From Eledone cirrhosa (Eukaryota), in NCBI GenBank assembly GCA_964016885.1, contig OZ024759.1:36332001-36396000 (forward strand): a DNA stretch of 64,000 nucleotides. The letters are read 5' to 3'. How positions within the stretch are numbered: the first letter of the stretch is position 1; every line of letters begins with the position of its first letter. The notes under the pieces were generated by a model that saw nothing but the letters and a program-made list of their open reading frames with translations, made no database searches and was not told where the DNA came from. Of this stretch, positions 42,807 through 55,325 are shown one piece after another. Both the position numbers and the translations under genes were made by a program.

Positions 42807-45800
42807 CTGACAAAGAAAAGTTAAATCATCATCATCATCAGTCATCATTATCATCATATTGTAATTCAATTAAACTTTATCAGTTCAATTAATTCACTTT
42901 TTCATACCCCATTACCATATTTCTAATAAAAGACACTGCCTATGATTTCCAAATCTTTTCAAAATGGTTTTGGGAACATAACTTAACAAAGGTTCTTAAT
43001 AAAACTATGATGGAAGGTTTTTAGATATATATATATAAACACTTTAAAACAAACAGCTTAGTATGATAGAATCAAGGGTTTTTGGAACATAACTTAACAA
43101 AGGTTCTTAAATAAAACTATGATGGAAGGTTTTTAGATAAATATAAACACTTTAAAACAGCTTAGTATGACAGACTTAGAGGCAGTTTCTGGTGGGTTAG
43201 TATAAAAACTAACAAACCTTAGAGGCATCAATCAGAATCTCGGGGGGTTTTGTAGCATCTCTGATAACAGGGGGCCTGAAATGAAGAAGGGAACATAAGT
43301 TAACAAAAATGTCAAGAATTTGTGGAGGTGGATGGGTATAAAGTAAAATAATTGGTTCTACTTTTGGCACAAGGCCAGCAATTATCCCAGTGCATGACTG
43401 GTACTTTATTTTATCGACCCCGTAAGGATGAAAGGCAAAGTTAACTCCGGCGGGATTTGAACTCAGAATGTAAAGAGCCATAACTCTATGCTGCAAAGCA
43501 TGGTGTCTGATGCTCTACCGGTTCTGACAAACCACCATCATTAATAATAATGGTTTCTGATTTAGGCACACAGCCAACAATTTGGGGGGAAGGGAAAGTC
43601 GATTAAATTGACCCCAGTATATTTTACTGGTATTTTTCTGTCATAGATCGACAGGTAATTGAAAGGGGTTTTTTTTAGAAAAATGTGACATACTGTTTGA
43701 TGTCCTTCTCTTCGTCATCTCTGTCCTCCGGAACTGAACTGAACAGGTTCAGTTCTATCTCTGGCTTCTGTGATGTACTTGCCATTCCTATGAGGCGTGA
43801 GAGTAGCTGCAGCTGGGCCAGGGCATTGGCATCAGAACTGGTGTTGTCTGTCTGGAAGTAGGAGAAGGAGTAGGTGGTGAAGTGTATGACTGGGGGGGGG
43901 GGGGGGCTGTAGCTGTCACATAGGTGTAACAACTGTCCACAGGTGTAAACTATAACCAATCACAGGTGTGCGGTGTAACTGTCTACAGGTGTAAACTGTA
44001 ACAACCAATCACAGGTGTGAGGTGTAACTGTCTACAGGTGTGAGGTGTAACTGTCTACAGGTGTAAACTGTAACAACCAATCACAGGTGTGAGGTGTAAC
44101 TGTCTACAGGTGTAAACTGTAACAACCAATCACAGGTGTGAGCCCTAACAACAACAACAATGTAGAAAATATATAAAAGCAGAGAAAAGAAAGACAAAAA
44201 AAAGGACCCCTACCCCATCAGATCCACCTCGACAAGATAAAGAGTTCTTGACTTTACCATCAGCAGTAAGAAGACTTTTGTCATCAGCATATCTGGAAAA
44301 GAAAGGTAAGAATAAGATTTACAGTTTACACCTATTGTAGGTTTAGTTACCTTGTGTGTTTGGAACTCAGAGGAGGTTTCTAGGGTGTTTTAATGATAGG
44401 AACCACAGTCCTATCATACACACATGTATGTTGTTGTCACAGCTCATATCTAGGTAGGTTTAGCTGGTTTCCTACGAGCTTGTATTTAAGAGGTGGTTTC
44501 TTGGGTGTTTTAAGGTTTAGGGGTCACAGTCCTATACTTAATCGCAACATAAAAGGAAGCACCTTGCTCTAAAACACATGAAATTGAACCCATGGCCTTA
44601 TGGTTGTCAGTTAAATACCCTAACCACTAGGGCACATCAGATTGCTCTGCCTTTGGACAACATCATATATAGTGTGTATATAATGTATATATAAGTTGTA
44701 ACAGTATATATAGTGTGTATATAATGTATATATAAGTTGTAACAGTATATATAGTGTGTATATAATGTATATATAAGTTATAACAGTATATATAGTGTGT
44801 ATATAATGTATATATAAGTTGTAACAGTATATATAGTGTGTATATAATGTATATATAAGTTGTAACATTATATATAGTGTGTATATAATGTATATATAAG
44901 TTGTAACAGTATATATAGTGTGTATATAATGTATATATAAGTTGTAACATTATATATAGTGTGTATATAATGTATATATAAGTTGTAACAGTATATATAG
45001 TGTGTATATAATGTATATATAAGTTGTAACAGTATATATAGTGTGTATATAATGTATATATAAGTTATAACAGTATATATAGTGTGTATATAATGTATAT
45101 ATAAGTTATAACAGTATATATAGTGTGTATATAATGTATATATAAGTTGTAACATAATATATAGTGTGTATATAATGTATATATAAGTTGTAACATAATA
45201 TATAGTGTGTATATAATGTATATATAAGTTATAACAGTATATATAGTGTGTATATAATGTATATATAAGTTGTAACAGTATATATAGTGTGTATATAATG
45301 TATATATAAGTTGTAACAGTATATATAGTGTGTATATAATGTATATATAAGTTGTAACAGTATATATAGTGTGTATATAATGTATATATAAGTTGTAACA
45401 TAATATATAGTGTGTATATAATGTATATATAAGTTGTAACATAATATATAGTGTGTATATAATGTATATATAAGTTATAACAGTATATATAGTGTGTATA
45501 TAATGTATATATAAGTTGTAACAGTATATATAGTGTGTATATAATGTATATATAAGTTGTAACATAATATATAGTGTGTATATAATGTATATATAAGTTG
45601 TAACATAATATATAGTGTGTATATAATGTATATATAAGTTATAACAGTATATATAGTGTGTATATAATGTATATATAAGTTGTAACAGTATATATAGTGT
45701 GTATATAATGTATATATAAGTTATAACAGTATATATAGTGTGTATATAATGTATATATAAGTTATAACAGTATATATAGTGTGTATATAATGTATATATA

Positions 45801-46434
45801 AGTTGTAACATTATATATAGTGTGTATATAATGTATATATAAGTTGTAACAGTATATATAGTGTGTATATAATGTATATATAAGTTGTAACAGTATATAT
45901 AGTGTGTATATAATGTATATATAAGTTGTAACAGTATATATAGTGTGTATATAATGTATATATAAGTTGTAACAGTATATATAGTGTGTATATAATGTAT
46001 ATATAAGTTATAACAGTATATATAGTGTGTATATAATGTATATATAAGTTGTAACATTATATATAGTGTGTATATAATGTATATATAAGTTATAACAGTA
46101 TATATAGTGTGTATATAATGTATATATAAGTTGTAACATTATATATAGTGTGTATATAATGTATATATAAGTTGTAACAGTATATATAGTGTGTATATAA
46201 TGTATATATAAGTTGTAACATAAATGTAAACTCCGAGCCAAGAAGAGTGGAGGAATGGCTGCCCTTACATGTTGGTTCCCAGTTTAGTTCCTCTTTCTCG
46301 TTTCGGTTCTGTGGACCCCTTTACTGAGGGTAAGTATCGGCCTCCAGGGTTGGCTAAGACGGACTTTACAAGATTCCCCTTTTCATCAAAGGACCTAACA
46401 ACAAAACAGAGTAAAAACTTTCAGTACAGAAATG

Positions 46435-46486
<52 letters not shown>

Positions 46487-46748
46487 GTAGAACACTGGAG
46501 GGTTATATCCGTAGTAGTAGTAGTAGAGCACCCAGTCCATGGGACGGGTTAGGTAGAAGTGGTTCCACAACAGTTAGTTCACCATACCAAGAACAAATGA
46601 TTAACCTTATTCAGATCCTCAGCTCGGTCTGAATGAAGTTATTCAGACTGAGCTGAGGATCTGAATAAGGTGAAACATTTGTTCTCGGTATGGTGAACTA
46701 ACTGTTGTGGAACTACTTCTATATATATATATATATATGTGGAACTAC

Positions 46749-46779
<31 letters not shown>

Positions 46780-47867
46780 TACACACATATATATATATAT
46801 ATACAGAGAGACAGAGATATGTGTGTGTACAGAGCTGATGTGTACATTTGGTGACTATTTGCAGTAGATTAAGATATATAGAATATAGACAGGGATTGAA
46901 ATATCTCACCTTATAACAATGGGGATTTCAATATTCCAAGCCACTTGACCAGACCGAGGTAAAGCAAAGGTACCGTCTGCATTTTGAAGTTTCTCTTTTA
47001 AATATATAGATACCTGCAAAGTAAATATATATATATATAAAATATACACACCTATATGTATAATGGTGTCAAGGAAAAGGCAAATGCTGACACAGCTTGA
47101 CTCCAGTGTTATCATAACTCATATATATATCTAGGCCGGGTAAAGTTCCCGAGATCCATGGATGAGTTCTCTCCAGCGGTCTCTGTCCCTCATTATCGCT
47201 GCCATGTCCTGCATCACCAACAGACCAGTGTCTGTCCTTAGGGCATCAACATATGTTAACTCATATATATACCTTAAATATACACTATATACATCATAGT
47301 CAAAGACCAACATGTTTCTTCTAGCAGAGTGGACTGGAGTAACATGAAGTAAACTGTGTTGCTCTGGGGCACAATGTGCCACCAATTCTGGGATGATGAT
47401 GATGATGGAAAGGAGAAGATATCTTACCTTGACATGAATATCTTGGAAGAAATTCAGTGCCCCCTGCCGCAGGAGTTGGAATTCTCCGTCTGATAATTCT
47501 GAATACATCTGGAAACAACGACAAGAGTTAAGAGTATGAGGATAAAATATGGTTTAACTCTGGTTTATTTCAAAGATCTTTATAGAGGAAATCTTAATTA
47601 TAAAAGTGTGAGTGTGTATATATATATATAACATTTTTTAAAAAAGAGGTTGATCGACTTTCGTCAAATCGGACCGAGGAAACAATGTTTTCGTCGGTCA
47701 TTCCAGTTGCTAGTACTATCTATCAGTCACAACTCCAGGTAGAAGGAGCATCGTGAAATAAAGTGCCTTGCTCCCGGACACAATGCATCACCCGGTCCAG
47801 GAATCAAACTCACAACCTCAAGATGGTGAATCCAATTCTCTAACCACTCAGCCACACGCCTTCACTA

Positions 47868-47899
<32 letters not shown>

Positions 47900-49980
47900 G
47901 TGGATATGTATCGTAGGAGGTAGAGAGATCCAGGGAAGTGCGATACAGATTACCAAATGCCAATAACCGAAGCGTGGTGTGCTCAATGCTTGGGTTAACA
48001 GAGTCAAATATTAGGATTTAATATTTAGTATATAGTTCAAGCAGAGCAGGTATAAGCAAATGAATGAAGGAGTTGCTAGCCGTTAAAACAAGTTCTTTAT
48101 ATAAATCTTACACATGTTTCACCCACCTGGACTCCTCAGAGAAATGTTTGTTAATATAATGTCATTAATATACATATATACCATCAGAACTGGTTGAAAA
48201 TATTCCCATTAGATTCACGTCCCCGCACATAGTAGACAGAAATATTAATATATATATATATGCAGCTTGAAAACATTCATCTCCCCTGTACACTATACAT
48301 GCACCTTCGATGAGCTGTAGTGCACCTGAGCAGCATACATTATACATATACCTTTGATGAGCTGTAGTGCACCTGAGCAGTGTACATTATACATGCACCT
48401 TTGATGAGCTGTAGTGCACCTGAGCAGTGTACATTATACATGCACCTTTGATGAGCTGTAGTGCACCTGAGCAGTGTACAGAATAATGTTCATTATTAAC
48501 AACAAGAACAGCAATACCAACCTTGACAAACTTTCTGTTGATGTTCATCACCTGCTGATAGATGTTGCTGTTGTCTTTTACCATTTCCAGAATGGCTTCC
48601 AAGTGGTTAATAGTGATGAAGAGAATCTCTCTGGGATGCAGACACATAAGGAACTGGTATTTCACACCCATTGTCATCAAGTCGTATAACTAGAAACAAC
48701 AACAATAACAAGACTAACAATTTGTGGGGAGGGAATTTACTCCAGAGAAGGAGATAGAGATCATCATCATCATTTTACGTCCGCTTTTCCCTGCTTGCAA
48801 TGGTGGGACGGGTCCTATTCAGCATCTCTCCACTTGTCACGCTCCTTCGTCATCTCCTCCGTGAGCTTTAGCGATCTGAGGTCAGCTCTCACCACCTCCG
48901 CCCATGTTTTTGTGGTCTTCCTCTACTGCATCTTCCTTCTACTGGGATTTCTTGACACTTCTTTACCCAGTGACCATCCTCCATGTACATCACATGTCCA
49001 TAACAATTAAGTCTTCTCTCTCACACACTACAACTTATCCCTCTTATACACATATACATAAATATATATACATACATACAAGGTGATAAAAACTGACCTT
49101 GCCCACCTACACCTCTCTAAGACAATGACACTGGATCGAGACCTTTGGTGCCATGCAGTTGTACAGAAGACCCGACTACCATTGCATACAAACCTACAAT
49201 CAGTAGGCACCTCTTAACTCAATGTACACCTCACCTCTACCCCACCCTCCCTCTCTTGTTCCATCCACTGTGTCTATGACACAACAGTCCACACTGTAAG
49301 GTGGCCGTGTAGGAGACATGGTGAAAAGGCTCCCAGTCTGCACTGTAAATGTGGTTGGTGTTAGGAAGGGCATCCAGCTGTAAAAAAACCTGCCAGAGAC
49401 ACTTCCGTGCGAGCAAGACACGGTCTCCTGACCATTCCTGCATCAAATGGAACAAAACCGTCTAACCCATTGACGTTAAACGATGATGATGATGATATAC
49501 ATAAAGTAACTACCATACTTACTTTGTCCATGCTGGCAGCATTCAATCGCATGACTGAAGAATGTGCAATGCGATCAAAAACAGACCTCATTGCTCTCTT
49601 GGAGTAAACCAACTGTGACCGGAATAACTCATCCATGAAATGTTTACTGAACATAGTGTTAACTATTTCATGGACAACTGCAATAATAAACAAATCACTC
49701 ACTTTAATTAGAATAATTAACTTCATGAATAATTAGTCCAAATTATCTCACCCACACCTCAAACCACTTGTTTTTCATTTATAGGAATTATGTCTATTAA
49801 TTCAGTAATATATATATAAATATATATATATATTACATATATATACATATATATACACATATGTATATATAAACATATATATATACACACATATATATAC
49901 ATACATACACATATATATATACATACATATATACACATATATAAACCTGCATATATATACATAAATATATATATATATAC

Positions 49981-50027
<47 letters not shown>

Positions 50028-50314
50028 TATATACATACATATATATATACATACATATATATATATATACATACATATATATACATATATACATACATAT
50101 ATATACATATATACATACATATATATACATATATACATACATATATATATATATACATACATATACATATACATATACATACAAATATATATACATACAT
50201 ATACATATATATACATATATATACATATATATACATATATATACATACATATACATATATATACATACATATACATACATATATATAAATACATACATAT
50301 ATATAAATACATAC

Positions 50315-50363
<49 letters not shown>

Positions 50364-50903
50364 ATTAAAGAAAATGTAAAGGAAGGGGTGAACAACGGAG
50401 CCAACACCAGAGCAAAAGACAGCAACGTCACGAGTACTGGGCACCCTCTCTAATGATTATATAAATAAATATATATATATATATTTATTTATTAGTTATG
50501 TAATAAACAACATAAGATAATTATTTCATTTACCAGTGGTTTCTTGAAAGCAACCAAAATTGCTTTCATTCTGATGAATGAAAGCAATTTTATTTATTAC
50601 ATAACTAATAAGCTCTGTAATTCACATAGAGCACTCTTTTTTCCTGGACCTTTCCGACGGAATTACTTCATTCATACATATATATATATATATATATATT
50701 AGAAACAATTATTATATTTCTTTTTATACAACAGTGAATAAAACTTTGTTCCATTACTAATTGCGTTCAAGAATATATAAATATAAATTACCTTTCTGTG
50801 TTTTGTCTTGTATCACATTCTGTGCATGAAGTCTTTGGTCTAGGATGTACATCATCTCACCCCCAAGGTTTAGAACGAGGGCAGGTAAAACACATAAAGA
50901 CAT
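42693..50903 (-). CDS. OSCP1: Organic solute carrier partner 1 (OSCP1/NOR1), 10 coding exons, about 384 aa
   Basis: Exons 50903-50792, 49677-49523, 48689-48522, 47508-47428, 47013-46910, 46394-46269, 44292-44214, 43851-43694, 43275-43218, 42806-42693. All have GT-AG boundaries and compatible phases (total 1155 nt). Motifs [44 protein letters not shown] and DLLDLMD match remembered OSCP1 sequence. Confidence 0.92.
43218..43275 (-). CDS. OSCP1: OSCP1 exon 9 ([19 protein letters not shown])
   Basis: Acceptor TTTCAG|, donor AAG|GTTTGT; phases fit exons 8 and 10. Confidence 0.78.
43350..43540 (-). mobile_element. SINE family B copy in OSCP1 intron 8
   Basis: Same B box and core as 26825-27032. 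Confidence 0.8.
43694..43851 (-). CDS. OSCP1: OSCP1 exon 8 ([22 protein letters not shown]...ELNLFSS...DIKQ)
   Basis: Acceptor TTCCAG|, donor CA|GTATGT; resembles the OSCP1 LNFLARLMG...LNLF segment. Confidence 0.85.
43915..44142. repeat. ~49-bp tandem repeat containing ACAGGTGT and AACCAATC motifs
   Basis: Unit ACAGGTGTAAACTGTAACAACCAATCACAGGTGTGAGGTGTAACTGTCT. Confidence 0.9.
44214..44292 (-). CDS. OSCP1: OSCP1 exon 7 ([26 protein letters not shown])
   Basis: Acceptor TTCCAG|. Donor GGG|GTAGGG was chosen for phase compatibility in a poorly conserved region, so the 3' boundary is less certain. Confidence 0.65.
44665..46220. repeat. 41-bp minisatellite, about 38 copies, OSCP1 intron 6
   Basis: Unit ATATATAGTGTGTATATAATGTATATATAAGTT(G/A)TAACA(GT/TT/TA). 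Confidence 0.97.
46269..46394 (-). CDS. OSCP1: OSCP1 exon 6 ([41 protein letters not shown])
   Basis: Acceptor TTAG|, donor AT|GTAAGG; 126 nt; translated by hand, absent from the ORF track. Confidence 0.88.
46647..46689 (+). ncRNA. Minimal hammerhead motif (37744 family), antisense in OSCP1 intron 5
   Basis: ACTGAG-CTGAGGA-TCTGAATAAGGT-GAAA-CATTTG-TT-CTCGGT. Confidence 0.6.
46910..47013 (-). CDS. OSCP1: OSCP1 exon 5 ([35 protein letters not shown])
   Basis: Acceptor TGCAG|, donor AG|GTGAGA; 104 nt. Confidence 0.92.
47428..47508 (-). CDS. OSCP1: OSCP1 exon 4 ([27 protein letters not shown])
   Basis: Acceptor TCCAG|, donor AAG|GTAAGA; 81 nt. Confidence 0.92.
47652..47865 (-). mobile_element. 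tRNA-derived SINE (family A)
   Basis: High similarity to 25056-25273. Confidence 0.85.
48287..48480. repeat. 47-bp tandem repeat, about 4 copies
   Basis: TGTACATTATACATGCACCTTTGATGAGCTGTAGTGCACCTGAGCAG; a related reversed monomer lies at about 60533-60585. Confidence 0.9.
48522..48689 (-). CDS. OSCP1: OSCP1 exon 3 ([16 protein letters not shown]...RKFVK)
   Basis: Acceptor TCTAG|, donor AAG|GTTGGT; 168 nt. Confidence 0.92.
49082..49496 (+). mobile_element. RTE LINE 3' fragment in OSCP1 intron 2
   Basis: CACCTCTCTAAGACAATG...AGGAAGGGCATCC...GTTAAACGATGATG. Confidence 0.82.
49523..49677 (-). CDS. OSCP1: OSCP1 exon 2 ([18 protein letters not shown]...RLNAASMDK)
   Basis: Acceptor TGCAG|, donor |GTAAGT; 155 nt. 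Confidence 0.92.
50792..50903 (-). CDS. OSCP1: OSCP1 coding exon 1 ([37 protein letters not shown])
   Basis: ATG at 50903; donor AAG|GTAATT; 112 nt. Confidence 0.92.
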
Positions 50904-51827
50904 CTTGTGTTCTGTCTTCTGCTCACAATTCCTTCTTTCGGGGGATTTTTGTTGTTGGTTTATTTTTTGGTCTTCTACAAAGTCTTGAAACTTTTGTCCC
51001 ACTTTACCCCCACACTCTGTCTTTCTCTTTTTGCGTTCTCACTCCTCGCTTTCTTCATATATATATGTGTGTATATATAATCAAAAGTTCATTCTCCTTA
51101 ATTCTTATGATATATGTCTCTTACTTTGATATATATATATATATATATATACGTGGTGTCTATATATATATCTGTGTGCGTGTGTGTGTGTGTGTATGTA
51201 TGAGGGTAGTGTGTATGTATGAGGGTAGTGTGTATGCTTCTGTGTGTATAGTGTATATATATAGGTTTGTATGTATGTATATGTGTGCGTATATGTCTCT
51301 TTCTATATATATATATATATGTGTGTGTATGTCTATATATATATGTGTATATATATATATCTGTTTGTGTGTATATATATATATCTGTGTGTATATATAT
51401 ATATGTGTGTGTGTGTATATATATATATATGTGTGTATATAGATATATATATAGATATATAGATATCTGTTTGTGTATATATATATATATATATATAATT
51501 GTGGTATTACCGCTACACCAACCAGTGTCCTATTACAACAGACAGCTCGCAAGTGGGTATAAAAATATGTTAATAACGAATTTCTTACGACTATCTTATT
51601 TGTTTGTCTCTTGTATTGTAATGTTTTTTTATGTTGTTTTATTGCATTGAATTCTATCTTCTCTGAACTTCTGAAACATGAAGAGAGAGAGAGAAGTTTC
51701 CGTAGTTTGCCTAGCAACTAGGACCAAACTGTAGCAGGCAGGCCGTCACAGGAACGTCACTGTGACCACCGTCATACAGAGACCTCACGTGAATTACATA
51801 TAATACTCGTATCTTTGTATGGACCTA

Positions 51828-52171
51828 CAGGCTGGTCCGAAAGTCTTGTCACCCTTACATATTGTTTTAACTTTCGTTATTTTTGGTTTTAATAATATAA
51901 TATATAATATCATTAATTATAATATATAATTGGCAGTATCGGTAGAGGGTCGGACGCCATGCTTTCCAGCATAGCTACGTCCCTTTACGATCTGAGTTCA
52001 AATCCCGCCGAGGTTGACTTTGCCTTTCATCCTTACGGGGGTTGATAAAATAAAGTACCAGTATTGCACTGGGTAATTGCTGGCTTTGTGCCTAAAGTAG
52101 AAATAATTAATTATATTATATAATATAATTTTCTTTTTGGTAGGGGGTGACAAGACTTTCAGACCACCCTG
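51828..52171. mobile_element. Tc1/mariner-type MITE (same family) interrupted by a family B SINE
   Basis: CAGGCTGGTCCGAAAGTCTTGTCACCC...GGGTGACAAGACTTTCAGACCACCCTG; SINE at about 51935-52105. Confidence 0.8.
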
Positions 52172-52728
52172 TGTAACACCTGATGGAGCGCAAGGACACA
52201 GTATTGGCATACGGCGTGTCTAGGACAGTTTTTTTAAAGACCTGGCAGAGCTTATACCCTCCTCTCTTAGCACTTCTTTACCCAGTGGTCATCCTCCATG
52301 CGCATCACATGTCCATACCATCACAGTCTTCTGTCCCTCACACAACTTATCCCTCTTATAGTTTCTTTCTCAACTTCCCTATGCTTGGTCTCTTTATATG
52401 TCTATATAAAAAGAGGGAGAGAGATAGAAAGAGTCTGCAGTGCTGAGACCAAGGAGACTACTAATCATGGGAGTACACAATACATGGGGAGAAGTAGAGT
52501 GGCTACAGAGATACACCCTCGAAACCGCTTGGCACTGTGGCCGGCATTTTACATATATATATATATATAATCATCATCGTTTAACATCCATTTTCTAAGC
52601 CAGCGTATATATATATATATATTATTTGTGGTATATAAATGTTGAGGGTTGAGGAAGTAACTTACTGCTACTACAGGGATTGAAGGTTCAAGACCTTAGG
52701 GGTATGTCAAATAACCAATATCTTATGT

Positions 52729-52784
52729 TTTATCTGATGAAAGCGTACTCAAAAACCATTGTACCCTTGAAATATGTATATAAA
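52729..52784 (+). ncRNA. Degenerate hammerhead motif
   Basis: CTGATGA-AAGCGTAC...GTACCCTT-GAAA-TATG-TA; stem I is out of register by one base. Confidence 0.5.
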
Positions 52785-52852
52785 TTATATACTTTGGTTA
52801 TGAAAATATTTCTCATTTATTAATATTTTGAATATTTCGGCTACGGATGGCT

Positions 52853-53117
52853 ACAACATCCAGTCCGAAACAAATGAGGTCGTGTAGGTGTCACGACAAT
52901 AAAACACAGTCCACGCTGTAATGTGGCTGTGTAGGTAACACGGTAAAAACCTCCCAGTCCACACTGTAAACATGGTTGGTGTTAGGAAGGGCATCCAGCC
53001 ATAGAAAACCCACCAGACAGTCCTGAGCAAGACAACCAATCTTGCCTCAAGTGGGACAATTCCCGTCCAGACCCATGCTAGCGTGGAAAATGGACGTTAA
53101 ACGATGATGATGATGAT
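52853..53117 (+). mobile_element. RTE LINE 3'UTR fragment
   Basis: Near-identical to 2644-2918. Confidence 0.85.
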
Positions 53118-53225
53118 ATATACAGAGTGCGGACGATATTTGTTCGCAATTTTCAACTGCTAATTTTATTAACTCAGCCATGCAAATCAACTACTCACGC
53201 CTCTACTACACCTTCCATCTATCTA

Positions 53226-53592
53226 TCTAGGGTGGGTAAAATTCCCGAGATCCATGGATGAGTTCTCTCCAGCGATCTCTGTCCCTCATTATCGCTGCCA
53301 TGTCGTGTCTCCAACAGACCAGTTTCTGTCCTTCGGGCATCAACATATGTTAACCTCGGCCTTCCTCTTCCAGTGTGTCCATGCAGGGGCTCTCACAAGA
53401 GCACTAAGTGCAGTGTCAACTCTGGATGTCGGTGAGCATGTCCAGCTAACCTCAGTCGCCTGTGTGTCACTTTTGAGCTGACTTTTGGGAGGCTCCCATA
53501 CAGCTCTGAGTTCTTCATCCTCAGTGTATACTGATTAATGTTCAGAGCCATCCTCAGCATTCTCGTGTAGCACCCATCTACCATGTGCTCTA
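53226..53592 (-). mobile_element. 3' fragment of a second non-LTR retrotransposon family (RTE-type)
   Basis: VDGCYTRMLRMALNI...ELYGSLPKVS...RRLRLAGHAHRH; a shorter copy of its 3' end lies at 47131-47261. Confidence 0.8.
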
Positions 53593-53997
53593 GTTAATAA
53601 GGAAACTATGGAAGTGGCAGTATTTCATTGATGCCAGCCATGCTAATACCATAAACCCTGCAAAGAAATGTCCACCATCTGATCTGAAGTTCCAAGAAAT
53701 TCAAATCTTCATAAAGAGAATTTTTTTTTCCTTTTTTAGTCAAACAACAAAAACATCAACAACAACAAGAGCAACAACATCCAGTATATACATATACGTT
53801 TATATATATAATTAATTTATATAAACTTGTTTGTTTGTCTTTTTGGGGGGGTCTTGTTTTTTTCTGGAACATTGAAAGGAAATTCAGTACATTAGTCAAT
53901 ATTACATTTTCTCGTGTAAAAATTGGAATCTAAAATATAACAAAAAAAATGTCTCTTCATATATTAACAAGCAGAGTACTGAATGTACAATATTTAC

Positions 53998-54034
<37 letters not shown>

Positions 54035-55325
54035 GTTTTAGATTTAGGCACAAGGCCAGCAATTTTAGAGGAAAGGAGGAGGGGAAAAGTCTATTAAATC
54101 GACCCCTTGGAAGGCAAGGGCAAGTTGACTTCTATGTTCTGAGTTCAAATACCAAGGTCAATAAAATAAAGTACCAGTTAATACTGGAGAAAATACAATC
54201 AATCAACCCACCACCAAAAAAAAATTGCTGGCCTTATACCAATGTTAGAAATAATTACACAACAATAATAATGATTGTTTCTACTTTTGGCACAAAGCCA
54301 GCAATTACCCAGTACATTACTAATAATGATTTCTACTATAGGCACAAGGCCAACAATTTTTTTTTTTAGGGGGTGGGGGGGAATTTGATTAAATTGACCC
54401 AGTGTGTTACTGCTACTTTATTTTATTGACCCTGTAAGGATGAAAGGCAAAGTTAACGTTAGCGGGATTTGAGCTTAGAATGTAAAGGGTCATAACTATG
54501 CTGCAAAGCAGATTGTCCGACGCTCTACCGATTCTGCCAATCCACTGCACTAATACAATAATAATAATAATAATAATGGTTTTTATTTTAGGCACATGAC
54601 CAATAATTTGGGATTAGGGAAGAGAAAGTCCATTATATCGACCCCTTTATGACTGGTGCTTAATGTTATCAACCCTGGAAGGATGAAAGGCAAAGTTGAC
54701 CTTAGCAGGATTTGAACTCAGAATGTTAAGGACTGTAATTAAATGTCACAAAGCCTTGTTCGACGCTCTACCAATTCTGTCAATCCACTGTTCTACACAA
54801 TAATAATAATAGTGACATGGGCCGACATATAGGGGACAATACAAAGACAGGGACAGTGGGGGTTTACAATAAGGTCGAGTAAAAGTGCACAATAGCAAAA
54901 CCAATTTAACAATAAAGATATAAAATAAACTATGTAATATTAATAATTGTTTCTACTTTAGGCACAAGGCCAGCAATTACCCAGTGCATTACTGGTACTT
55001 TATATGTAATAATAATAATAATTCTTTCTAAAATTGGGACAAGGTCAACAATTTGGGGGGAAAGGAGAAAGTCGATTATATTGACATCAGTATATTACTG
55101 GTACTTTATTTTTATCTGCTAATCCAATGCCCTAGTAATAAAATAATTGTTTCTACGTTTGGCACAAGGCCAGCAATTACTCCAGTGTATTACTGGTACC
55201 TTATTTTGTCGACCCCTTAAGGATGAAAGGCAAAGCTAACCTCGGCGGAATTTGAACTCAGAATGTAAAGGTACATAACTCTATGCCATGAAGCAGGGTG
55301 CCTGACGGCCCACCGACTGCCAATT
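54035..55325. mobile_element. Cluster of SINE family B copies and tails with (AAT)n tails, mostly on the minus strand
   Basis: Repeated GGATGAAAGGCAAAGTT...GGATTTGAACTCAGAATGT and GGCACAAGGCCAGCAATT segments. Confidence 0.8.

Noticed and set aside
44620-46241. Long minus-strand ORFs up to 330 aa ([12 protein letters not shown] repeats)
   Set aside because: Read-through of the 41-bp minisatellite inside an OSCP1 intron.
50904-51002. 33-aa N-terminal extension of OSCP1 suggested by the ORF track
   Set aside because: It starts at a non-ATG codon; homology begins at the ATG at 50903.
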